NCBI GenBank assembly: GCA_038745855.1
Contig: JBCDLC010000028.1
Coordinates: forward strand, 10,476-42,475
Length of the DNA: 32,000 nucleotides
DNA from: Pseudomonadota bacterium
GTDB taxonomy: Bacteria; Pseudomonadota; Alphaproteobacteria; Caulobacterales; Hyphomonadaceae
Reading direction: 5' to 3'
The notes under the pieces are model-generated. The model saw only the letters and a list, made by a program, of their open reading frames with translations. It was not told where the DNA came from and ran no database searches. The position numbers and the translations under genes are program-made. Below are positions 16,501 to 24,469 of this stretch, one piece after another (position 1 is the stretch's first letter; every line of letters begins with the position of its first letter).

Positions 16501-18488
16501 TCTTGGCGGACGGCAGCCACTTCGATGGTCGCAGCCTCTCCTTCGGCCAAACGCTGATCAAAGCTGGCCCGGGTGCCAAGATAAAGCGCGCGGGGGTGGT
16601 AGGGTATGCGCATGCTCTCTGTCACGGCGCGGCCGCCCGGTTCGAGTACGCTCACCACCGCGTTGATCCGCAACGGTTTGCCCGCATTCACGCCCGTCCG
16701 GCCGGGCTCCAGCACGACGGTGGCAATGCCGGCACCGTCCGCCACGGTTTCCGGCACATCGAGAATGCGCTCCCGGAACGTTTCATCATGGCGACCAAAG
16801 TCGAATTCGGGGAAGAGTTGGAATGGCGAAGGTGCAACCTCCACCCTGGCCTGGGACTGCACCACCAGTCCTGCCCCCGGCGCGCCGTAGAGAAACCGCG
16901 CTTCCACTTCTATGGCGCGGCTCTCTTCAGCATAAAGCGCCGCCTTGTCATCGCCGCGGAGATCAACGCCGACCCGTTGCGGTACAAAATCCTCAACCGA
17001 GAACGAGACGGCCCCGACACGGCCAATGCCATCCACGTCCAACACGGCTCGCCACTGGCCCCTGGGCGCGTCGCTTGCCAACGGAAAATCGCTCAGCAGC
17101 GCCCCGTTGCGGGTGCCTTCAAACCGTATGCGCTCTGCTTCCAGTCCATTGGGACGAAGCAATGTAAGGGTGCCCGGACGGTCGGTGACCGCGCGCGCTT
17201 CACGGTCGCGGACCAAAGCGGTGAGGTGGACGACTTCGCCGGGCCGATAGATCCCGCGCTCGGTGTAGAGGTAGGCGTCGATCGCTCCAGGCACGGAGCG
17301 GCCACCTGTGCCCAATTCGGATAGGTCGACCGGCGCCCGGGTGAGGTCGAGCACAGCCACATCGCCCCTTGCACCGTGAGCGATCAGCAGTTTCGGCGCA
17401 CCATTGCCTTCGCCAGACACGATCGGTTTGCCGAAACGGACCCGTCCATCGGCGTCGGTTTGCGCCTCGGCCAGTACATCATTGTTGAACGCGATCAGTT
17501 CCACACGCGCGCCGATGATTTCCTGCCCGTCCTGTAACGACCGCAGCGTGGCATCGAGCCCATGTCCACCCTGATAAGCGGTCAGGGCCAGATCTGTCAT
17601 GACGATCCAGCGCCGGGCCGACGCCGTTGGCCCTTCCGACGCTGCGACCTCCTTGGCGTCCGTCACCTCGACGAAGTATGCGCCAGGATCCAGCGCCCCG
17701 ATCACGTCCTGCAGGGGGAAGACGGTGGTGACGGGCGCGTTCTCAACCCGCGCAATCTCCATCGATCCGGTCCAGACGTCCGTGGCCACGCTGGAGGGGT
17801 CATCCTCACCATAGAGGTAGGGATACTGGCCCTCTGCAGCGGTCTGGCCCTGTCCGATCCGCTTCTGAACCAGCGATCGGTCGGGCACGTGAGAGACTTT
17901 TATGGTGACGCTGTCGACATTCACCGTCTCGATGGGGAGCCCATCAGCATCCGAACGCGGCAGAATCACCCCGCCGCCGCGGAATCCGACATAGGGGGGC
18001 CGGTCCGCAAAATCGATCGGCACCTCTTCGGTGCGCTGCAACTGCCTCCCGTCACCCGCAGGCAGACCTGTCAGCAGGATCGCCGTCCGGCTCTCGCCGA
18101 AGCCGATACCAGAGAGGCACAGCTCCCGTCCGTTGACTGCGAGCACAGGCGGTGATGCGGGCCGCAGATTCAAAAAGGGCGCATAATCCGCATCCGGATC
18201 AAGCGCCGAGGAAAAGACGAAGCACGCTTTCGGATCGCTATCGGACGTATCGATACGATATCTAAAGTACGCGAAATCCTCTTCCGTTTCGTCGGCCAAG
18301 GCCTGACGCCGTCTCTCACGCTGGCGCGCATCCGCTTGGTCCCGGCGCGAGCGCTCGACGATGGATCCCGGCTCGCTGACTTCCACATCGGTCGAGGCCG
18401 GCGTGTCCTCGCCACTGCCGCAGGCGACCAACCCCACACCTAACGCCCCGATCAACAGTCCCCTGGCCCAGGCGTTTAAGTGGAACAT
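13527..18488 (-). CDS. Bacterial alpha-2-macroglobulin family lipoprotein (YfhM-like) with an intact thioester site
   Basis: Lipobox LVAC-GS follows MFHLNAWARGLLIGALGVG. The thioester motif YPYGCTEQ has CTEQ encoded at 14952..14963. Size is about 1650 aa, and it is coupled to pbpC. Start set at the Met 19 codons inside the TTG-initiated track ORF. Confidence 0.9.
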   Translation of the reverse strand: MFHLNAWARGLLIGALGVGLVACGSGEDTPASTDVEVSEPGSIVERSRRDQADARQRERRRQALADETEEDFAYFRYRIDTSDSDPKACFVFSSALDPDADYAPFLNLRPASPPVLAVNGRELCLSGIGFGESRTAILLTGLPAGDGRQLQRTEEVPIDFADRPPYVGFRGGGVILPRSDADGLPIETVNVDSVTIKVSHVPDRSLVQKRIGQGQTAAEGQYPYLYGEDDPSSVATDVWTGSMEIARVENAPVTTVFPLQDVIGALDPGAYFVEVTDAKEVAASEGPTASARRWIVMTDLALTAYQGGHGLDATLRSLQDGQEIIGARVELIAFNNDVLAEAQTDADGRVRFGKPIVSGEGNGAPKLLIAHGARGDVAVLDLTRAPVDLSELGTGGRSVPGAIDAYLYTERGIYRPGEVVHLTALVRDREARAVTDRPGTLTLLRPNGLEAERIRFEGTRNGALLSDFPLASDAPRGQWRAVLDVDGIGRVGAVSFSVEDFVPQRVGVDLRGDDKAALYAEESRAIEVEARFLYGAPGAGLVVQSQARVEVAPSPFQLFPEFDFGRHDETFRERILDVPETVADGAGIATVVLEPGRTGVNAGKPLRINAVVSVLEPGGRAVTESMRIPYHPRALYLGTRASFDQRLAEGEAATIEVAAVRQDGNAAAADLNWKLLSIDYHYDWYREDGNWRWRRSRTVTTVNEGTVATPDGGSAEIPVEGLEWGQHELVIEGPDGSEASRSFWVGWGGYVSDDGVEAPDRVQVSVVDETVRPGRNAEITIVPPYDGEAQIVIATDRIIAVETRPVTAEGTRLSLPVSDDWGEGAYIMVNVFTEREPVLAAKPRRAVGVAYAPVDMAPRTFDLSINAPDVIRPRREQLIEVEIDGGPREGVFLTLAAVDEGILNLTKYQSPDPVAYFFGKKALGVALHDDYGRLLDPNLGLPAEVRTGGDQLGGEGLSVVPVKTVSLFSGEVDVGRAGTAKVRFDVPDFNGELRLMAVAWSNEGLGAASQPITVRDPAPAELVLPRFLAPGDQATVTATIDNVELTGGAFDASIASAGPVSAGLDTVSRTLPEGARADVPVPLTADNEGISRLRLSVQGPDNFAVDREYLLETRSPYLPETRVITETMSPGETFVLSRDLVDGLEPGSIGMTVSFSSVPVDANALYASLSQYPYGCTEQTVSRALPLLYSDQLVAFGADDGSDQTRARVQEAVSRILNRQSGDGAFGLWREGDGHASPWLGAYTTDFLHRAKLAGYAVPDEALDRAYAAMRSVATGDAWRVYGYDTDVYEGDWHDDTQARMMTRASAYALYVLARSGEADLSRLRYLHDRGMAELDSPLARAHLGAGLASMGDRSRAQSAFAAAEEVLGYENDGDYYQSPLRDRAGILALAVEADFDETAARLVEAIGTDAPDPVGLSTQEKAFLLTAVNALNGGAGTGGFELDVEGLGRGNDNDRRYFVSEAQISEDVTFTYDGAAPVFRSILISGAPSDAPDAASNRLGISKSFATLSGERVSLSDLRQGDQVVVSIRLDPEERRTNPVIVADLLPAGFEIETLLRPSDGEREFEDDGAFAWLGSLADAKTAEARDDRFIAAVDLRDTPETLAYIVRAVTPGDFAIPGAVAEDMYRPDVFARSAPGRVTIARRDEGPGGAP

Positions 18489-18635
18489 CGAATCCTCCAA
18501 CGAGCTTCCGCCCCACCCTTCGCACAGTTCTATCTGTGTCTTCAATTAGGGTAATATTGGCGCCACAAGCCAGCACTCTGTGGGCAACATTACGCCATTG
18601 CAATGGTGATACGCCGCGATGCCTCGGGTCTCTGC

Positions 18636-18893
18636 CTATGGGGGCCAGCGGTCGCCTTTCATGCGATTACAGCGCGCATGGGCCAGTTGAACGTTGGCCT
18701 CGCCATCATCGCCGCCTTTCGATCGGGGGCGGATATGGTCGATCGTCGGCCGCATCTTCTTCCACACCGACCCATGGGCCGTTTCGCCCCGGTGGGCTGG
18801 CATCCTCTTTCCGCAAAGCGCACACCGGCCCAATTGCAGCGCCCAGAGCCGCCTGAACCGAGACGTCTGCGCGGGTCTGGGGGGCTGTGCCAC
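18636..18893 (-). CDS. Small stand-alone HNH endonuclease (about 85 aa)
   Basis: CALCG...PTIDHIRPRSKGGDDGEANVQLAHARCNRMKGD gives the zinc-finger Cys pair plus the H-N-H core. I prefer GTG at 18891..18893, preceded by GGGGAGA 6 nt upstream. That places the start 17 nt after the folD stop instead of overlapping folD by 70 nt as the track ORF (to 18980) does. Confidence 0.7.
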   Translation of the reverse strand: MAQPPRPAQTSRFRRLWALQLGRCALCGKRMPAHRGETAHGSVWKKMRPTIDHIRPRSKGGDDGEANVQLAHARCNRMKGDRWPP

Positions 18894-18910
18894 CGCAAAT
18901 CTCCCCGCGC

Positions 18911-19798
18911 CTAAAGGCCGGAGGGGACTGTCCAACCCCGCCGTGCACAGGCCGCGAGCACCGTATTTCGGAGGAGGCACGCAATCGTCATGGGTCCGAC
19001 CCCACCGGGCACCGGCGTTGCGTGGGCCGCGATTTCCGCCACCTCATCGAATTGGGCATCGCCAACCAGCCGCGTCTTGCCCGGCCCCCGCTCCGGCGCG
19101 TCGATCCGATTGATCCCAACATCGATCACCGTTGCACCAGGCTTCACCCAGTTGCCCTTGACCATCTCGGGCCGGCCAACCGCCGGCACCAGGATATCGG
19201 CGGTTCGGCAAAGTGCTGGCAGGTCGTTGGTGCGGGAATGGGCCAGTGTCACGGTGCAGTTTTCCGCGAGAAACAGCAACGCCGCCGGCTTGCCGACCAA
19301 TATGGACCGGCCGACGACGACGACATGCTTGCCTGAAAGATCGTCGCCCAACGCAGCCTTGGCGAGCAGCACACAGCCCGTAGGCGTACACGGGCGGAGC
19401 CCCGCTTTCCCGAGGCTGAGGCGCCCCGCACTTGCTTCCGTCAGCCCGTCGACATCCTTTGCCGGATCGATCCGCTCGATTGCAGCATCGGCATCCAGAC
19501 CATCGGGCAAGGGTAGCTGTAACAGAATCCCGTCCACACCCGGATCGGCATTCAACTCTGCGATAAGGCTCTCGACGGCATCCTGTGACGCCGATGCATC
19601 GAGCCGATGGTGAATAGACACCATCCCCACATCTTCCGTAAGCCGGACCTTGGACCGGACGTAGACCTCGCTCGCTGGATTGTCCCCGACGAGTACCACA
19701 GCCAGCGCCGGTTGCGCGGGCAACGTTTTCACAGCATCCGCCACACGTCCGCGAAGGCTCTCTGCAACTGCTTTTCCGTCGATGCGCTGGGCGACCAC
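18911..19798 (-). CDS. folD: Bifunctional 5,10-methylene-tetrahydrofolate dehydrogenase/cyclohydrolase
   Basis: [11 protein letters not shown]...[19 protein letters not shown]..., [20 protein letters not shown] and [10 protein letters not shown] are all hallmark FolD segments. Confidence 0.95.
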   Translation of the reverse strand: MVAQRIDGKAVAESLRGRVADAVKTLPAQPALAVVLVGDNPASEVYVRSKVRLTEDVGMVSIHHRLDASASQDAVESLIAELNADPGVDGILLQLPLPDGLDADAAIERIDPAKDVDGLTEASAGRLSLGKAGLRPCTPTGCVLLAKAALGDDLSGKHVVVVGRSILVGKPAALLFLAENCTVTLAHSRTNDLPALCRTADILVPAVGRPEMVKGNWVKPGATVIDVGINRIDAPERGPGKTRLVGDAQFDEVAEIAAHATPVPGGVGPMTIACLLRNTVLAACARRGWTVPSGL

Positions 19799-19839
19799 GC
19801 GTTGTCTCCTCTGTCGGATCAGGCCGAGACTTTGAGCGC

Positions 19840-20220
19840 CTAGATCGGCACGGCGCGAATAATTTCGATCAGGAGGTAGTCCTTCACGAACAGGATGCCG
19901 AGGCCGAGCACCAGGATCGAGAGATCCAGCTGGCCCATGGGGGGCAAGAAGTTCCGGATCGGTCGTGCGAGGGGCTCGATCACACTCGCGAGCAGGTCAT
20001 AGATCTGACGCGCAGTCGGGTTCTGATAGCTGACAATGCCCAATGTGAACAACCAGCTGAACACAACATAGACCAGCAGCACAAAGAAGAGCAGGGTCAG
20101 GATTGGGTTGAAGAAGTAATTGTAAAGGGCAAAAAGTAAGCTCTGCACGGGCGCGGTGCTCCAAGTCAGTTGCAGAGCATGTAGTCGACTCGTGAAGCGG
20201 GCGCCAGTTCTGTCGATCAA
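19840..20220 (-). CDS. YggT family membrane protein
   Basis: Hydrophobic helices are present, together with the family pattern ...[31 protein letters not shown] (P-x-R ... G-x-[LI]-D-[LF]-S). The true start may be downstream of the track start. Confidence 0.7.
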   Translation of the reverse strand: MIDRTGARFTSRLHALQLTWSTAPVQSLLFALYNYFFNPILTLLFFVLLVYVVFSWLFTLGIVSYQNPTARQIYDLLASVIEPLARPIRNFLPPMGQLDLSILVLGLGILFVKDYLLIEIIRAVPI

Positions 20221-20353
20221 AGACGGTCCTTACCAGGCACGGTGATCGAGCTCCGAGTTGCAGGCCCGGAAGAAAACCAAGCCTAAGCGAACCGATCGCC
20301 CACTTGGCGCGTACCCGGCCAGGCCTACCATAGCGATCCACGAAAGGCTGCTG

Positions 20354-21583
20354 ATGCCCGACACCGAACTTTCCGCGCCATTACGACCCCTCTCTCGCTT
20401 GCAGATGACTGTGATCGCCTTCGCGCTCATGAGCATGGGGGTCGGCATGACAATCAGCTTTGTCGTGGCCTCACCGCTCGCACGGGACGCAGGGCTCACC
20501 GAAATCCAGGTCGCCGGCATTCTCACTTTGTCCGCCTTCTTCTACGCCTTGCTCACCCCAGCTTGGGGGCGCCTGGCAAATCGGGTTGGGCGGAAACGCA
20601 TCATGGTGTTTTCGCTCATCGCCATGTCAGCCACGAACGCGGCGTTCATCCTGGCCCTTGATGCGGCGCTCATGGGGCTGGTGACCGGTGTCTCGGCATT
20701 TCTCCTGCTCGCCGTGGCCCGCTTGTCCTTCGGATTGCTGGCACCGGGCCTCCACCCTGCTGCCTACGCAGCCGTGACCGACGCCACAACAGCAAAGACC
20801 CGGGCCGCTGGCATGGGCTTGCTCGGTGCCGCCATGAGCATTGGATCGATCCTGGGGCCTGCCGGCGCCGCAGCGCTCGCCGAATTCGGCGCGTTGGCGC
20901 CGCTTTGGGGGGCCGTGGTGTTTTCCCTCGTGGCGGCTGGGGTGCTCGCCTGGTTCCTGCCGCCAACGCGAAAACCGGCAGGACCAGGCACCGCGCCGCC
21001 TCGCCTGAAAGTGCGGGATCCCAGGATCTTCCACCATCTCGGTTTCCTGTTCACCTATTTCGTTGGCGTGGGCTCCATTCAGCAAACTCTTGCCTGGTTG
21101 GTCCAGGACCGGTTCGGACTGGCCCAGGCTGATGCGGTCCAGGCCGCCGGAACGACGTTTGCGGCGATGGCCATTTCACTGGTGATTGTTCAGTTCGGCT
21201 ATGTGAACCGGAAGAAACCTGACCCCAGGCGCATGTTAGTCATCGGTCTCGCCGCCGTCTCGATCGGATATGGCGCAGCCGTGTTACCGCTGCCATTCTG
21301 GGCGCTCTGCGTGGCCTTTGCTATTGTTGGCCTCGGTGCGGCGCTAGTTGTGCCGGCAACGAACGCGCTTGCAACGCTTGCCGTATCGCCCGTCGAACAG
21401 GGCTCGGTCGCCACCTTGATCGCGGCCGCACCGCCTGCCGGTTTCATCGTTGGCCCGTTGCTCGGTGCGATGCTTTATTCCCTGCACGCCGAATTACCCT
21501 TGATGGTCAGTGCGAGCATGATGGTTGGTCTCTGGCTCTATATCGTCTTCGGTCAGTCGACCCGTGCCATCGTTGCGGAATAG
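20354..21583 (+). CDS. MFS transporter (12-TM type)
   Basis: MFS motif A, WGRLANRVGRKRIM, lies between predicted TM2 and TM3, and the rest is hydrophobic throughout. Start moved to ATG 20354; the track ORF's first 32 residues are basic, non-membrane sequence. Confidence 0.8.
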   Translation: MPDTELSAPLRPLSRLQMTVIAFALMSMGVGMTISFVVASPLARDAGLTEIQVAGILTLSAFFYALLTPAWGRLANRVGRKRIMVFSLIAMSATNAAFILALDAALMGLVTGVSAFLLLAVARLSFGLLAPGLHPAAYAAVTDATTAKTRAAGMGLLGAAMSIGSILGPAGAAALAEFGALAPLWGAVVFSLVAAGVLAWFLPPTRKPAGPGTAPPRLKVRDPRIFHHLGFLFTYFVGVGSIQQTLAWLVQDRFGLAQADAVQAAGTTFAAMAISLVIVQFGYVNRKKPDPRRMLVIGLAAVSIGYGAAVLPLPFWALCVAFAIVGLGAALVVPATNALATLAVSPVEQGSVATLIAAAPPAGFIVGPLLGAMLYSLHAELPLMVSASMMVGLWLYIVFGQSTRAIVAE

Positions 21584-21688
21584 CGGGCACGCCTAGCCTG
21601 AACGTTAGCGATCAACCGCTCCGTATCGTAACCATTCCTTAAAAACTCTGCGCAACTTAAAGGTGCAACAGTGGCGTGGGGTTGCAGT

Positions 21689-22882
21689 ATGTCTGGCAGT
21701 GTCGGAACACCGGCTGAGCGATTATGGTTGCGCACTGTCGGCAGCGATATTCGTGCGCCCCTCACCGACATTCTGGGACTGGCCAAGGTCCTCGCAAGAC
21801 GTGATCTTGACGAGGGGGATCGTGAGGTCGCCAAGGCGATCCATGAGGGGGCTGAAGTGCTCCATACTGCGATTACTGAGGCACTGGCGCTTTCTGCATT
21901 GCTCGGCACAGACGTTGCGCCGATGCCCGCGTCAAGCGATGTCCGCGACCTCCTTGAAAAAGCGGCGATGAACTATCGTGCTGCGGTCGCCCGCAAAGGG
22001 TTGAAGCTCCACATCGCTGTGTCGCCCGATGTTCCGCAGCGGGTCCTTGTCGATGCCACCTGGATACGCAAATGCTTGTCGCCGATGGTCGGGTGGGCCG
22101 TCGATCACACCCCGCTTGGGTCTGTCCAGGTCGTGGCCATGCCCAGATTGGACGAAAATGGGTTCGCTGGGCTCTGCATCCACGTGCGCGACAGAAATGA
22201 GACCATAAGCCAGGCTGAAACCCGGAAATTGTTCGCGCCCCCCGGCGAAGAGCATTCCGACCAGGACAGCCTTACCCGGCTCAGCCTTTGGGCGGCACGT
22301 GAGTCGCTGCGCGCCATGGGAGGCGACATCACGGCTAAATCTGCCCCGGGCCAAGGCACGGTGCTCACCCTGTTGTGTCCTGCAAGTGCCTGCGACGGCC
22401 CTGATGAGAGCGACGACCAGGAACCGGAGCGTGCGCCCCATCAACCACCATCTGAACCGCCCGCTTCGACACTCGGCGGCGTCCGGATCCTGCTCGTGGA
22501 TGACAATCCGACCAATCGCAGGGTGATTCGGATGCTCCTCGAGACCCACGGCATGGACGTCCACGAAGTGGCTTCGGGGCAATCCGCCCTCAATGCCTTG
22601 CACCATGAGCCCTACGACGTCGTACTCATGGACATCCTGATGCCGATACTGGATGGGGTCGAGACGTTCCACGCCATAAGAAATAGCGCCCAGTCCTGGG
22701 CCGACATCCCCGTGATCGCCGTTACGGCCAATGCGGGTGATGAGCATGGCCGCGCTTACTTGGAGATGGGCATGGATGGGTTTTCGCCGAAACCGATCGA
22801 CGAAGCTGCACTCGTTTCAACAATAGAGACCGTTTTGACCCGTCACGCCTTCGGCGCCAACGCCCGGGTGAAAACCGCCTGA
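21689..22882 (+). CDS. Sensor-less hybrid histidine-kinase-like/response-regulator protein with a degenerate kinase core and a canonical receiver domain
   Basis: The DHp-like start LWLRTVGSDIRAPLTDILGLAKVL aligns to the H-box consensus ..SHE[LI]RTPL..I.G, with Ser (21743..21745) where the phospho-His should be. The HATPase_c-like region has W for the N-box Asn (MVGWAVDHT), DRNETIS for G1 (DxGxG) and LTRLSL for G2. The C-terminal REC is intact: LLVDDN, VVLMDILMP (Asp at 22631..22633), AVTA and PKP. An alternative GTG start lies at 21671. Confidence 0.8.
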   Translation: MSGSVGTPAERLWLRTVGSDIRAPLTDILGLAKVLARRDLDEGDREVAKAIHEGAEVLHTAITEALALSALLGTDVAPMPASSDVRDLLEKAAMNYRAAVARKGLKLHIAVSPDVPQRVLVDATWIRKCLSPMVGWAVDHTPLGSVQVVAMPRLDENGFAGLCIHVRDRNETISQAETRKLFAPPGEEHSDQDSLTRLSLWAARESLRAMGGDITAKSAPGQGTVLTLLCPASACDGPDESDDQEPERAPHQPPSEPPASTLGGVRILLVDDNPTNRRVIRMLLETHGMDVHEVASGQSALNALHHEPYDVVLMDILMPILDGVETFHAIRNSAQSWADIPVIAVTANAGDEHGRAYLEMGMDGFSPKPIDEAALVSTIETVLTRHAFGANARVKTA

Positions 22883-22939
22883 AGCCTCTCCCGGCGAAGC
22901 GGAAACGGCTCGGCCAAATGCGCTTTCTGCGGCGGTAGC

Positions 22940-22978
22940 GCCCCGTTCGGCGCGGGGCTCAATTTTGTTTTATTTTGC
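22940..22978 (+). terminator. Candidate intrinsic terminator after the kinase-like gene
   Basis: GCCCCG (22940..22945) pairs with CGGGGC (22953..22958) around a 7-nt loop. The T-rich tract TCAATTTTGTTTTATTTT follows. The stem is short, so confidence is moderate. Confidence 0.45.
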
Positions 22979-23128
22979 ATATCGCATAGAAAACACACTA
23001 TAAACCCTCGCGAATACAACGCACTAAAAAACACCGACAGCTTGTCGCACTTTCTGATGCGATCCGTTCGCACATATCGGCCGTAAGCCGATTGTCATCC
23101 ACCGAAGACGATTTGAAAGGTTATACTG

Positions 23129-23527
23129 ATGAACGCTGTCGTTTCCCTAGATCGCATTGGTCGCCAATTGCCGACCCTTGACCATGCACACTGGTTCCTC
23201 CGTCTGCCGCTCGTGGCGATCATCATGTATGAGGGCCTTAAGAAATTCGACGACCTTGCCGGCGGTGCCGAAATGTTCGGCGTTCCGATCCTCATGTGGA
23301 CCTTGGCCGCACTCGGAGAAATCCTGGCGCCAGCAGCGCTCATCGTAGGCGGGTTCTTCCGCAACGGCGTCGGAGACCTGATTACCCGCGCGGCAGGCTT
23401 CGGGATCGCATTCATCCTCGGCGGCGTGATCCTTATCGCCTACTGGCCCTTCTGGAGCGGCTACAAATTCCACCTCCTGATGTTCGCCGGCGGCATGTAC
23501 TTCCTCGCCCGTGGCAACAACGCCTGA
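23129..23527 (+). CDS. DoxX-family membrane protein (132 aa, about 4 TM)
   Basis: FLRLPLVAIIMYEGLKKF resembles the DoxX N-terminal pattern (LR...G..F..HG..K). EILAPAALIVGGF and further hydrophobic helices follow. GAAAGG SD lies upstream. Confidence 0.65.
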   Translation: MNAVVSLDRIGRQLPTLDHAHWFLRLPLVAIIMYEGLKKFDDLAGGAEMFGVPILMWTLAALGEILAPAALIVGGFFRNGVGDLITRAAGFGIAFILGGVILIAYWPFWSGYKFHLLMFAGGMYFLARGNNA

Positions 23528-23552
23528 CCCGGAGGGCTACCCGAACAGAAAA

Positions 23553-23581
23553 GGGGCTGGAATTCTCCAGCCCCTTTTTTT
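23553..23581. terminator. Strong intrinsic terminator, possibly bidirectional, between convergent genes
   Basis: GGGGCTGGA (23553..23561), loop ATTC, TCCAGCCCC (23566..23574), then seven T (23575..23581). An A-run (AAAA, 23549..23552) precedes the stem, giving a U-tract on the other strand too. Confidence 0.8.
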
Positions 23582-23626
23582 GTGTTTGAACCTGTCGATT
23601 ACCTCGCGACCCGCGCATCCGCGAGA

Positions 23627-23809
23627 TCAGGCGGCACCCATCATGCTCCAGGCGCCGACCATGATGCCCGAGCCCAGTACGAGCCCGATGAGCGTGCGGA
23701 GGCCGCTCTTGAGATACGGTGAGGCGAGCAGATCCGCGCTATAGAAAATGGCTGCCCCGAGGCCGAGGGCGACGAGCGCTTTGATCAAGGTCAAAGTGAC
23801 GAGAGCCAT
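23627..23809 (-). CDS. Hypothetical small membrane protein (60 aa, 2 predicted TM)
   Basis: From the internal Met: MALVTLTLIKALVALGLGAAIFYSADLLASPYLKSGLRTLIGLVLGSGIMVGAWSMMGAA. A purine-rich AAGGGAAAG lies upstream of the ATG. No family recognised. Confidence 0.45.
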   Translation of the reverse strand: MALVTLTLIKALVALGLGAAIFYSADLLASPYLKSGLRTLIGLVLGSGIMVGAWSMMGAA

Positions 23810-23925
23810 GGTGGTCTTTCCCTTTTCGCGTTGCAGAACTTCCCTCGATATGGACCTTCCCCGGGAGATGCCAAACGATCTGCCCAAGCGACTTGCCGCA
23901 TTCCGCAATCAACCGAAAAATAACC

Positions 23926-24354
23926 TTAGTTTTCCGGCGCACATGCCCGATTGTATTCGACAATATCGCGATTGAGCATCGCGGCAGCGGACCGGAGCGC
24001 GGCGTCCTTGCCGTGGAAGTCGGCCTTCGCCGTATCCCACGCGGCTTTCGCCCGATCGGCCGCCTGTGCCTGCTCAGCGCTGAAGTGCCGAACGGTCTCG
24101 GCATTTTCCCACGCCTCACCAGCCGCCTCTGCTGCCGCAGCAGATTGCGCGCGCGCCTGGGTCAGTGCTTCCACTTCGGTGGTCTTCGCATCGAATGTTT
24201 TTGCCATCGCCGTACATTTTCGCGCCTGGTCCTGGGCCGACGCGCTCGCTGGAGCGATGCCCGCACCAATCAGAACGCAAGATGACAAGATGGCGGCAAA
24301 GCGAAAGGCAGTCACAGGGGAAAATCTCCAAACACTGGGAAGGGAACGGCGCAT
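23926..24354 (-). CDS. Hypothetical secreted alpha-helical protein (142 aa)
   Basis: Signal peptide ...AAILSSCVLIGAGIAPASASA-QD. The mature part is Ala/Glu/Gln-rich helical sequence with one Cys near each end (ARKC ... NRAC). Codon third positions look coding. No family recognised. Confidence 0.6.
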   Translation of the reverse strand: MRRSLPSVWRFSPVTAFRFAAILSSCVLIGAGIAPASASAQDQARKCTAMAKTFDAKTTEVEALTQARAQSAAAAEAAGEAWENAETVRHFSAEQAQAADRAKAAWDTAKADFHGKDAALRSAAAMLNRDIVEYNRACAPEN

Positions 24355-24469
24355 CGGATGGACTCCCCGCCACCCTTACAGATCTGGCCGTGAAGCCCGT
24401 GTGAACATCGCAAGCGCGGTTTCGCCCCAATCCCGTCACACTGCGTAGGCCGGACAGCCCGCAGGCCCA

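Noticed and set aside
14097-17324. Several plus-strand ORFs of 200-340 aa (14097..14981, 14219..15031, 15636..16235, 16308..17324).
   Set aside because: All lie inside, and antisense to, the 1650 or so aa alpha-2-macroglobulin gene. Their translations are Arg/Pro/Gly-rich, typical of non-coding frames in GC-rich DNA.
18894-18980. An N-terminal 29-codon extension of the HNH ORF that overlaps the folD 3' end by 70 nt.
   Set aside because: The extension ([28 protein letters not shown]) is not HNH-like. A GTG with a good SD just after the folD stop gives a typical-length protein.
21584-21688. An EcfG-type (GGAAC-N16-17-CGTT) or CtrA-type (TTAA-N7-TTAA) site upstream of the kinase-like gene.
   Set aside because: GAAC...CGTA is present but with the wrong spacing (18 nt) and an imperfect -10. 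The two TTAA motifs are 14 nt apart rather than 7.
21932-22747. A 271-aa minus-strand ORF.
   Set aside because: It is antisense to the kinase-like/receiver gene, whose receiver motifs are clear.
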